This document shows, piece after piece, positions 17,977 to 25,420 of a stretch of 64,000 nucleotides of DNA. This DNA is from an uncultured virus (IMG/VR IMGVR_UViG_3300030202_000991) (taxonomy: Duplodnaviria; Heunggongvirae; Uroviricota; Caudoviricetes). Location of the stretch: IMG/VR virus record IMGVR_UViG_3300030202_000991. One strand, written 5' to 3'. How positions within the stretch are numbered: position 1 is the stretch's first letter; the number at the start of each line of letters is the position of its first letter. A program made the translations under genes and the position numbers. The notes under the pieces were generated by a model. The model was given only the letters and a program-made list of their open reading frames with translations. It was not told where the DNA came from and did no database searches.

Positions 17977-19568
17977 TAGTAGTACCCGCCTCTACGTTGC
18001 TTAAAGTATTGCACTTCATCAGGTTCATCCGTGGGTAATCGTATGAATCCACCCTGCCTAAATCGCATAAGCGCCATTACAGTTGCATCCACTAAGTCAT
18101 CATTGGACATGAACGGGAATCCCGCTACTTCTTCCACAAGTTCTTCTGCCCAACGTGTTTGGGGAACCCACGTTAACCCCGATTTGATGATGTCAGCAAC
18201 AGAGTTAAGACGCGCCATTTTATCGCCTGAACCTCTGTGAGGTGTGTATTCTTGCACAACTAAACCCATTCTGCGAAATTCTTGGTACAAAGGCGTGCCA
18301 CTACCTTTCTTTTCCACAATAAACGCATCCGGTTCCCACTCCATGTACTCTTTATAGGACAACTCTTTTAGTTCAGGAAACTCTAATCGCTGCTTGATGG
18401 AGTTCAACAGGATTATCTCGTACCTGCCTTCTTCATCATTATGGAACACACCCCATGTAGTTATCGCTGTGTAGTCAGCACGGTTATGTTTCTCGGCTGC
18501 GGCATCCAGAGACATAATCAAATACTCACACTGTGGCGGGTTCTCATCTTTCCACTCTTTCCACCACTCCCGTTTCACCAGAGCAGCTTCTTCGGCGGTA
18601 GGTTCCTGTTGGTACTGGGCGTTCCACTGGAAAAGCGGCATTGAAGCCTTGGTACGGTGAAGCGCATCAAGATTAAAGAACTCAGGCCACAAGGGTTTCT
18701 CTTTATCATTGACATCCAGTATCGCAGGAAACTCCACTATCTCGTATTTGTCCGACAGCTCATTCTGCGCCATGTCCCGTGTCACACGCCCTGTCAAATC
18801 ATCCAGATGCCACCGTGTTTGTATGATAGCCACCCGACCTCCGGGCATCAGACGAGTTCGAGCACCAAAGGTAAACCACTCATAGGCTTTATCGAACACA
18901 TCAAGATTACCGTTAATGATGTCCTGCTCGTTATGCGGGTCATCTACCAGAAGCAGGTGTGCACCACGACCTGCAAGGGCTGAACCCACACCACAGGCGA
19001 AATACTCACCCCCCTCGCTGGTGTTCCACCGTCCTGCCGACTTACTATCCACCGCCAGTTTGGTATTAGGGAATATCTCTTGGTATTGAGGCGTACCTAT
19101 GAGGTTTCTCACCTTACGTCCAAAGTCCACCGCAAGGTCTGTGGTGTGTGAGACCATCAATACCTTCTTATCGGGGTTCCTACCCAAGAACCATGCGGGG
19201 AAATAGATAGAAACCAACTGGGATTTACCGTGTCTGGGGGGCATATTGACACAAATACGGTCTTTCCCCGTGTTAGACAGGGGTTTGCCAGCATAGTCGT
19301 ACTCTCGACCTTGTTCTATCTCCATTAGAAGGTCACCCAGTATGCGATGATGCTTGCCTACCTTGTAATCAGACTGCATACGCTTGCAAAACTGGATTAA
19401 ATCACGTCTAGCCGCTTCAACACGCCGTTTTTTCTTATAATTTTCAACTACTTCGAGTAATCGTTGCGTTTCTTCGTCCGAATAGTTGTCTGCATCGGAT
19501 AAAAGGGCTTCAAGTTCGGCTTCACTGGCTATTTCTTCGGTTTGAGTAGGCTGTAACACGGCACTCAT
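17976..19568 (-). CDS. terL: Terminase large subunit
   Basis: MPPRHGKS Walker A, LLVDD Walker B, QTRWH motif, nuclease SLDAA and DDLVDA. Confidence 0.95.
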   Translation of the reverse strand: MSAVLQPTQTEEIASEAELEALLSDADNYSDEETQRLLEVVENYKKKRRVEAARRDLIQFCKRMQSDYKVGKHHRILGDLLMEIEQGREYDYAGKPLSNTGKDRICVNMPPRHGKSQLVSIYFPAWFLGRNPDKKVLMVSHTTDLAVDFGRKVRNLIGTPQYQEIFPNTKLAVDSKSAGRWNTSEGGEYFACGVGSALAGRGAHLLLVDDPHNEQDIINGNLDVFDKAYEWFTFGARTRLMPGGRVAIIQTRWHLDDLTGRVTRDMAQNELSDKYEIVEFPAILDVNDKEKPLWPEFFNLDALHRTKASMPLFQWNAQYQQEPTAEEAALVKREWWKEWKDENPPQCEYLIMSLDAAAEKHNRADYTAITTWGVFHNDEEGRYEIILLNSIKQRLEFPELKELSYKEYMEWEPDAFIVEKKGSGTPLYQEFRRMGLVVQEYTPHRGSGDKMARLNSVADIIKSGLTWVPQTRWAEELVEEVAGFPFMSNDDLVDATVMALMRFRQGGFIRLPTDEPDEVQYFKQRRGGYY

Positions 19569-19569
19569 G

Positions 19570-20058
19570 CTACTTGGCTACCTCATAGATGCCGTCTTTG
19601 TTCTCTTTTAGCTCTAATAGGCTTTCTTTTAGCTTTTGCCGTAGCTCTTGAGAGTTTTGGTGGGTTACTTTTATTTCTTTTTTGTCAGCAAACAGTCCAA
19701 CTTCGCTAATTCTGCCGATATTAACTAAAGCAGAGATACGTTCAGAGGCTTTATCGCTCTGTGTCTCCAGAATAAGGCTGTTTACTACGAAATCACGGAG
19801 CTTGGCAGGGGTGGCATTCAACGAATTACCATGTTCTTTCAGGATATTCACTGCTTGGAGCTGCGATACGGTAACTTTCCCGGCGCTATCTGGTTTGGTA
19901 GTGGCTTTTTCAACAGGAGCTGCGGGGGTGACAAGCTGTAAATCATGCGCTTCCAGCAATTCTTTGTTGCGGCAAGCGGCCTCTGCGGTTTCGCGCACTT
20001 CTGCATACTTGAGATTTACTGGCAACTCAATAGGAGTAGCCGTTTCGGAAGAATCCAT
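19570..20058 (-). CDS. Putative terminase small subunit
   Basis: 162 aa helical ORF immediately upstream of terL; first gene of the late arm. Confidence 0.55.
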   Translation of the reverse strand: MDSSETATPIELPVNLKYAEVRETAEAACRNKELLEAHDLQLVTPAAPVEKATTKPDSAGKVTVSQLQAVNILKEHGNSLNATPAKLRDFVVNSLILETQSDKASERISALVNIGRISEVGLFADKKEIKVTHQNSQELRQKLKESLLELKENKDGIYEVAK

Positions 20059-20094
20059 AGCGTTACCATCGCAGACCTAGTGTCGTAAGGTGTA

Positions 20095-20122
20095 AGTATA
20101 GGAACTTATTGAGAAAAGTAAA
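20095..20122 (-). promoter_or_regulatory. Possible sigma70-type promoter for the packaging/structural arm
   Basis: TTTACT-N16-TATACT on - strand about 37 bp upstream of the terS-like start. Confidence 0.35.
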
Positions 20123-20424
20123 GGGAGGTTAAAGGTTCCATAAGGGGGTGGTTTCTAGTTTGGCGCATTATTTTTGACTTAGGTGGGTTTTTATTTAAAG
20201 GGGGTGGGGTCTTTTGCGGGTAATTTGTGATTTGTTGGTGCGTACTATTATTACATATACGTGTATGGAACCGTTGTCGCATAGTGGGGGGCGGGGGGTG
20301 GACACCAGTTCTGGCAGAGTCCTACAGAAAAAAGGGGACGCCCTCGCGCATACGCGCACATAAAAGGAATAAACTAGAAATAACTACTTATATGTGCATA
20401 AAACTCAATTAAACTATAAATAAC

Positions 20425-20453
20425 TTGACATTACTACCAATCTATGAGACTAT
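20425..20453 (+). promoter_or_regulatory. Sigma70-type early promoter
   Basis: TTGACA-N17-GACTAT with extended TG and A-rich UP region; same TGAGACTATA as 21860 promoter. Confidence 0.6.
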
Positions 20454-20508
20454 ACAACCATCGACAGGGAGATGGAGTCGATAACTAAAATAACCAAATA
20501 GGTGATTT

Positions 20509-20769
20509 ATGACCGATAGACCCAAAACGTTTGAAGAAAAAATAGTCGCTAGAGGCTTTCCAGATACACGAGTCGCTAGTCTTAAATGGGCAGTTCAACA
20601 GCTACACAGTGCAATTTGCCACTTAGATTGTGATTACCAGAAGTTGTTTGAAAAGGAGTATGGAGGTGAATTTGGTATCTACTCGCTTCTATATGATTAC
20701 TCCGAGAGTGAATGGGGATTAAAACAGATATTCCCGCCTAGTATAGGCGACACCCATATAGACCAATAA
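20509..20769 (+). CDS. Early hypothetical protein
   Basis: 86 aa; AGGTG RBS; first gene after promoter. Confidence 0.65.
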   Translation: MTDRPKTFEEKIVARGFPDTRVASLKWAVQQLHSAICHLDCDYQKLFEKEYGGEFGIYSLLYDYSESEWGLKQIFPPSIGDTHIDQ

Positions 20770-20778
20770 CCATAACCC

Positions 20779-20794
20779 GGCACATGGATGTGCC
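20779..20794 (+). promoter_or_regulatory. CsrA/RsmA-type GGA hairpin 1
   Basis: GGCACATGGATGTGCC; matches ACANGGANGU. Confidence 0.55.
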
Positions 20795-20813
20795 ACCCAC
20801 TAAGGAATCAATT

Positions 20814-21065
20814 ATGAAATGCAATAAATGTGACAATAAAGATTGGTCTTGGATTTACAGTAATTTGAAAAATACAAACATCGTTTCATTAGAAAAAACT
20901 TGTAACGTTTGTTTGACTAACGATGGATGGTTTGAAGAGATTGATGAGTATGGTCGCTCTACCGGTATACGAGGTAATCAATTTTTAGCCATCAAGAGAG
21001 ACTATCGTGGTTCTCTCTCAGAAGAAAATTTAATTACACCCGTTATGGTATTTAAAATTTATTAA
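20814..21065 (+). CDS. Early Zn-ribbon-like hypothetical protein
   Basis: ATG at 20814 after TAAGGA; CNKC...CNVC. Confidence 0.65.
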   Translation: MKCNKCDNKDWSWIYSNLKNTNIVSLEKTCNVCLTNDGWFEEIDEYGRSTGIRGNQFLAIKRDYRGSLSEENLITPVMVFKIY

Positions 21066-21070
21066 TCAAC

Positions 21071-21113
21071 CCGGCACATGGACGTGCCACTTACTTAGGA
21101 GATAGATATGAAA
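21071..21113 (+). repeat. 43-bp direct repeat copy 1 (GGA hairpin + RBS + ATG)
   Basis: ccggcacatggacgtgccacttacttaggagatagatatgaaa identical at 21351-21393. Confidence 0.95.
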
Positions 21114-21338
21114 TTAGTTTACTGGATAGCAGTTTGCACAGACGATTCAAGCGCCTACAACATTCGGGCTAAAACTCGGAAAGAGTGTAAACGATTACTG
21201 GAGAAACATCGGTCTGGAGGAGGAGGAGCGAAATTCTCAGACAATATCAAGCGGGTCGAAGTTCACTACGCCAGCGGATTCGATTTGATTGATCAGGCTC
21301 TAGGTGAAGGTGGTATTGAGCCGGGAGATTGGGATTAA
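21108..21338 (+). CDS. Early hypothetical protein
   Basis: 76 aa; AGGAG RBS; YNIRAKTRKEC. Confidence 0.75.
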   Translation: MKLVYWIAVCTDDSSAYNIRAKTRKECKRLLEKHRSGGGGAKFSDNIKRVEVHYASGFDLIDQALGEGGIEPGDWD

Positions 21339-21350
21339 CATTTTTTACAA

Positions 21351-21393
21351 CCGGCACATGGACGTGCCACTTACTTAGGAGATAGATATGAAA
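21351..21393 (+). repeat. 43-bp direct repeat copy 2 (GGA hairpin + RBS + ATG)
   Basis: Identical to 21071-21113. Confidence 0.95.
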
Positions 21394-21639
21394 GGTATAA
21401 ACTACGATAGAAAAAAGCTAGAAGAACAGTATAAAGAGTACATGGTAGACGCAGAAAGAGTAGCCGAAAAAATGTTGAACATAGACTTCAAAGAGCGCAC
21501 AGAGAGGTTACTCAAAAGAGAAAAGGATAAGTTCAGGAGAGAACTTGAGAAAGTAAGGGAAGCGCATAACCGAGGGAGATCATCAATACTTCAGGATGAA
21601 ATGATCGCAAGGAGAAGGATGAGATTGAAAGAAGTATAG
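21388..21639 (+). CDS. Early hypothetical protein (charged, helical)
   Basis: 83 aa; AGGAG RBS. Confidence 0.7.
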   Translation: MKGINYDRKKLEEQYKEYMVDAERVAEKMLNIDFKERTERLLKREKDKFRRELEKVREAHNRGRSSILQDEMIARRRMRLKEV

Positions 21640-21649
21640 TAAATCTACA

Positions 21650-21667
21650 GAGCACAAGGATGTGCTC
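21650..21667 (+). promoter_or_regulatory. CsrA/RsmA-type GGA hairpin 4
   Basis: GAGCACAAGGATGTGCTC; contains ACAAGGAUGU. Confidence 0.55.
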
Positions 21668-21859
21668 GCCCCCCAAAAGAAACCAGTTCCCGAACTGCGT
21701 GCCGCCTAAGTCGCGCCCCCAAGATTTTTGTTCAAATTTTTTTCAGCGTGACGCAAAAAATAGACGGCGTTTCTCATTATCTAAATTAGATAGTCAAACC
21801 AGAATAGACTCAAAAATACTCAAAAAAAGTTCATTAAAATCAATCAGATACAAAATCAC

Positions 21860-21888
21860 TTGACTCTGTAACTTGTTTGTGAGACTAT
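21860..21888 (+). promoter_or_regulatory. Sigma70-type early promoter
   Basis: TTGACT-N17-GACTAT with extended TG. Confidence 0.55.
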
Positions 21889-21946
21889 AGAAACCGTTCC
21901 CAGTGACGGGAGCGATACACTTAACTTTAATCATTAGGAGACAGCT

Positions 21947-22543
21947 ATGTCTGTTATTTTAACTTTAGGAAAAAAAGCAGTACGTGCAGGTAAGAAATGG
22001 GCTGGTAGTGCATATCAGAGTTTATGTGACAAAAAAGATTTTGTCGCGGCGCTATTTGCGGATGGTATTACGCCCGATCACATCAAAAAGGGATCGCGCA
22101 CTAACGAGAATCCCCTTTATGATCACGTTTCTCAGGTATTAACGGATGGATTGCCAGAAAAGAAACGCGCACTCTTGATGCGAGATCACAAGGATTTGAC
22201 TACGCAGCGCCAGAAAGATGAACGTAACGCATTATTATCGGTACGCTCTAAATTGATGGGTAATCTTCGCGGATCGCTTGAGCGAAAATGGAAGCGGGAA
22301 GTAAAGGACGGGAATATCAAGAAGCCCAATTGGATGGAATCGGATACTCCTGAGAATCCTGATACTCCTGATACTCCTGATACTCCTGATACTCCTGATA
22401 CGGTAACGCCTAGTCAGCACATGTCTACAATAGTGGCAGCATTTATGGATAACGTAAAAACAGAAACATCTTACTTTAACGCCACCGCAGTAATAAAAAC
22501 CGGAATGGATTTCCAGAAAGAGTTAGACAAGAAACCAAAGTAG
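21947..22543 (+). CDS. Hypothetical protein with (PDT)n linker
   Basis: 198 aa; AGGAG RBS; 9-bp gatactcct tandem repeat; own promoter and terminator. Confidence 0.8.
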   Translation: MSVILTLGKKAVRAGKKWAGSAYQSLCDKKDFVAALFADGITPDHIKKGSRTNENPLYDHVSQVLTDGLPEKKRALLMRDHKDLTTQRQKDERNALLSVRSKLMGNLRGSLERKWKREVKDGNIKKPNWMESDTPENPDTPDTPDTPDTPDTVTPSQHMSTIVAAFMDNVKTETSYFNATAVIKTGMDFQKELDKKPK

Positions 22544-22559
22544 TTAGCAAGACAGTGAG

Positions 22560-22587
22560 AGGGAGGCCGAAAGGTCTCCCTTTTTTT
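22560..22587 (+). terminator. Rho-independent terminator
   Basis: GGGAGGCC-GAAA-GGTCTCCC followed by T7. Confidence 0.85.
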
Positions 22588-22671
22588 GTGCCCAAAAAGA
22601 TGCCAGTTCCCGCTCGGCGTGCTGCCTTGCCCCCCAAAGCTGTGCTGCCCCCCACAAAATTCGACCTGACG

Positions 22672-23315
22672 CATGTGACTATCTAAATTAGATAATGGGG
22701 TCTGACGCCAGTTCTCCCTCGGCTTGCCGCAAAAACCCCTAATTTTGCGTAGAAATGCATTTGTAACTTTTGTAACTTTTGTAACCTTTTTGAAACCTTG
22801 AAAAAGTTACAGCAGTCTTTTGCAGTTTGACGTGGGTTTCTTGTAGAAAGGCAAATTAATCTTGTTTGTTTTAATATATAAATTACTTAACTAAACTGTA
22901 ATGTAACTTTTGTAACTTTTTTATTTATAAATAATAGGTCTGAACTTTTTTTAACACTGTTATTTCAAACTTGTTGTCAAGAGAGTGTCTGCGCCATAAT
23001 CTCCAAACCTATTGTTTAAAAAGGTACAAAAGTTACAAAAGTTACACAGTTGTTTTATAAGGATTTTTTCACCAAAAAAAAGTTACTTTTGTAACTTTTG
23101 TAACCTTTTTATATCTCCACAACTTCTTGCCATCTTAAGACTTCACTTTCATGCTGTTTCATGCAGTTGTTTATAGCTTAATTCCACTTAAAACTTTTTT
23201 ATGTGTAACTCTTTGTTTTACTTGACATTTATTATGTTCTTTGCTATCATATATAATAATTGGAGTTGCATTGCAGCTTGTTGTATTTTGATTATCTAAT
23301 TTAGATAGTCACATG
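22672..23315. other. Putative replication origin / control region
   Basis: ORF-free, AT-rich; many TGTAACTTT units in both orientations; flanked by perfect 25-bp inverted repeat 22672-22696 / 23291-23315. Confidence 0.55.
23222..23250 (+). promoter_or_regulatory. Strong sigma70-type promoter
   Basis: TTGACA-N17-TATCAT with extended TG. Confidence 0.7.
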
Positions 23316-23327
23316 GGTTGTGTGTCG

Positions 23328-23341
23328 GCACAGGGACGTGC
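23328..23341 (+). promoter_or_regulatory. CsrA/RsmA-type GGA hairpin 5
   Basis: GCACAGGGACGTGC between two palindromic operator-like sites. Confidence 0.5.
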
Positions 23342-23395
23342 GCTTTTACTAATCGATTATCTAATTTAGATAGTCACCAACTGAGGAAAGTATCA

Positions 23396-23596
23396 ATGGA
23401 TAACTTAAGTAATGTAGTTGACGTTGACCTTCTTGATGATGGCACGCTAGACACAGTAGTACGTATCACCACTACTTGCGGCGCGGCATTGATTGAGAGA
23501 TTCGACAGCGAGACAAGGTTCGGCTTTGACGCTGACCCTGACACCTCTACTGACCTGTTCCTAGACGACATCAAGGGGCAAGCATGGGACGTGTGA
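23396..23596 (+). CDS. Small acidic hypothetical protein
   Basis: ATG at 23396 after GAGGA; DDGTLDTVV motif. Confidence 0.65.
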   Translation: MDNLSNVVDVDLLDDGTLDTVVRITTTCGAALIERFDSETRFGFDADPDTSTDLFLDDIKGQAWDV

Positions 23597-23814
23597 AGCA
23601 AGAGCTAGTAACTGAAGAAGGATGCTCAGTGTGCGGTGTGTTGTATGACCGCCGCCGAGCAGAACTGGGGTACACAACTTGTGTAACTTGTGGAGAGAAA
23701 GAAGCACGACAGCGCAAGCACACAGTAGTACCCCTTCATAAATCGAACTACATGGTTCCAGCTAACGCCGCTGAACTGCGTGGTATCAACAACAAGGGAG
23801 GATTCTTCCGGTGA
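23584..23814 (+). CDS. DksA/TraR-type C4 zinc-finger protein
   Basis: CSVCG-x5-RRAELGYTTCVTC matches the C4 finger spacing. Confidence 0.6.
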   Translation: MGRVKQELVTEEGCSVCGVLYDRRRAELGYTTCVTCGEKEARQRKHTVVPLHKSNYMVPANAAELRGINNKGGFFR

Positions 23815-23946
23815 AAAACAAAACTAAAACCGACTACCCTCGTGCCTTAAACCCACAAGTGGAAAAAATGCGGGGTTCAACAGGCAGTCATGTAGTCCTG
23901 TATTTTGTACACAGATTGGGTGATTGCCTAGAGAGGAGGGTTCTCA

Positions 23947-24402
23947 ATGATTGTTCTACTAATTAGATACGACACTTATTCTGATCGTGACCATGAGGGT
24001 CAAGAAATATTTACCAGAGAGTGGGCGGTATTGGATAAGGGATTCTGGGACACTGATGATGATGAACTTGTAGTAGATAGGTACGACCAAGACAAGTTTG
24101 ACTTTGACGGCCCACGAGATGCAGCAAAAGAATTTGTGAAACGTCACTACCCTGACATGCGTGTACTTCATGTCGGACGCTTGCCTGACTCTCGACATTC
24201 CATAGCGACACTAGAACCAGACGATCCTGATCCGGTTCGGGATTCTATTGGAATGAGTGATGCTGCCCTTAAGAAACTCAGCAAAGAACAGCTCATGTAT
24301 CTAGTAAAGCATGAGCATGATCATGGGAGAGTGGCGCGTAAACTAGCGCAGGATTGGGAAGATTTGTATTGCAGCACAATGCAAAAGATGCAGCATGAAT
24401 AG
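23947..24402 (+). CDS. Hypothetical protein
   Basis: 151 aa; GAGGAGG RBS. Confidence 0.7.
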   Translation: MIVLLIRYDTYSDRDHEGQEIFTREWAVLDKGFWDTDDDELVVDRYDQDKFDFDGPRDAAKEFVKRHYPDMRVLHVGRLPDSRHSIATLEPDDPDPVRDSIGMSDAALKKLSKEQLMYLVKHEHDHGRVARKLAQDWEDLYCSTMQKMQHE

Positions 24403-24412
24403 TACCAATAAC

Positions 24413-24441
24413 TTGATATAACTAAACCAAACTGTAATAAT
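24413..24441 (+). promoter_or_regulatory. Possible sigma70-type promoter
   Basis: TTGATA-N17-AATAAT with extended TG upstream of 24472. Confidence 0.4.
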
Positions 24442-24471
24442 CCATAATCTAATTAATTACTTGAGGAGACT

Positions 24472-25398
24472 ATGATGGATAATGACAATGTAAATGAGAC
24501 ACTGAGTCCTATGGAGCGGTTATCCGCTTGTGCTAGGCTTGTGTCTGTGGAGGTGCATATACCTTCTTTTCGCAGGAAAGACAAACGTGCGGCGGCAGAG
24601 TATTCCAAGGCGCGGGGTGCGAAAGAAGGTCGCCATGACATACACAAAGTACTTGTGAACAGTCCACACCTGAAAGCGATTGTTTCACTCGGCAATGACG
24701 CGAGAACTATTATTCGCAATAGCTGCCCCCCTTACTCTCAAGGACGCTTCCTGTGCCCTAATGAGAAAATCCTTGATATATACAATGGTGTGCTAGATGT
24801 ATTCACCGAGATGGAACGACACAAGGATGCCTTTCTAAAAGACTACCCTGCACAGATGGCCGCCGCGCAACTGGAACTAGGCGCAGACTATCACGAGCAT
24901 GAGTATCCCACTGTGGAGGACTTGCGTGCCTATAAGTTGTCATGGGATTTCCACCGAGACCCCGTACCCATCGAAGCCGATTTTCGTGGGGAGCTAGAAG
25001 CGGATACCCTGCAAGAGCTGCAAGATACTTACACAGAGAAAGCTAATATGCGTATGAAACGTACGCTTGAGACGGTGATGGAGGCACTCGTGGAGAAGAT
25101 AGGCAGGGTTTCTGACCAACTAACTGACCGTGAGGTCAATGAGGATTTGAAGCGGCAACCTAGAACGAAGTGCAAATCCTTTCATGGAACCTTGATAACC
25201 AATGTGCTGAACCTAGTCGATCAGCTAGATATATGTAACGTCCACAATGACGTGGAGATTTCAAATTTACAATCTAATCTCAGAAACTTGTTGTCCTCAG
25301 TTAACACTGAGCAGTTGAAAGCATCGGATACCTTGCGTGCTGATACTAAAGAACAAGTGGACGCGATACTTAAGAAACTACCAACTTTAAACTTCTAA
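24472..25398 (+). CDS. DUF3150-like protein
   Basis: 308 aa; FRRKDK, FLKDYP, EYPTVEDLR; sits before AAA+/vWA pair as usual for this family. Confidence 0.5.
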   Translation: MMDNDNVNETLSPMERLSACARLVSVEVHIPSFRRKDKRAAAEYSKARGAKEGRHDIHKVLVNSPHLKAIVSLGNDARTIIRNSCPPYSQGRFLCPNEKILDIYNGVLDVFTEMERHKDAFLKDYPAQMAAAQLELGADYHEHEYPTVEDLRAYKLSWDFHRDPVPIEADFRGELEADTLQELQDTYTEKANMRMKRTLETVMEALVEKIGRVSDQLTDREVNEDLKRQPRTKCKSFHGTLITNVLNLVDQLDICNVHNDVEISNLQSNLRNLLSSVNTEQLKASDTLRADTKEQVDAILKKLPTLNF

Positions 25399-25420
25399 CT
25401 AACTAACTAAGGAACCTTTT

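Noticed and set aside
20775..21393. CRISPR array
   Set aside because: Only 2-3 repeats, spaced ~280 bp by protein-coding genes and including RBS+ATG; no cas operon (the 34959 nuclease is a typical phage replication exonuclease)
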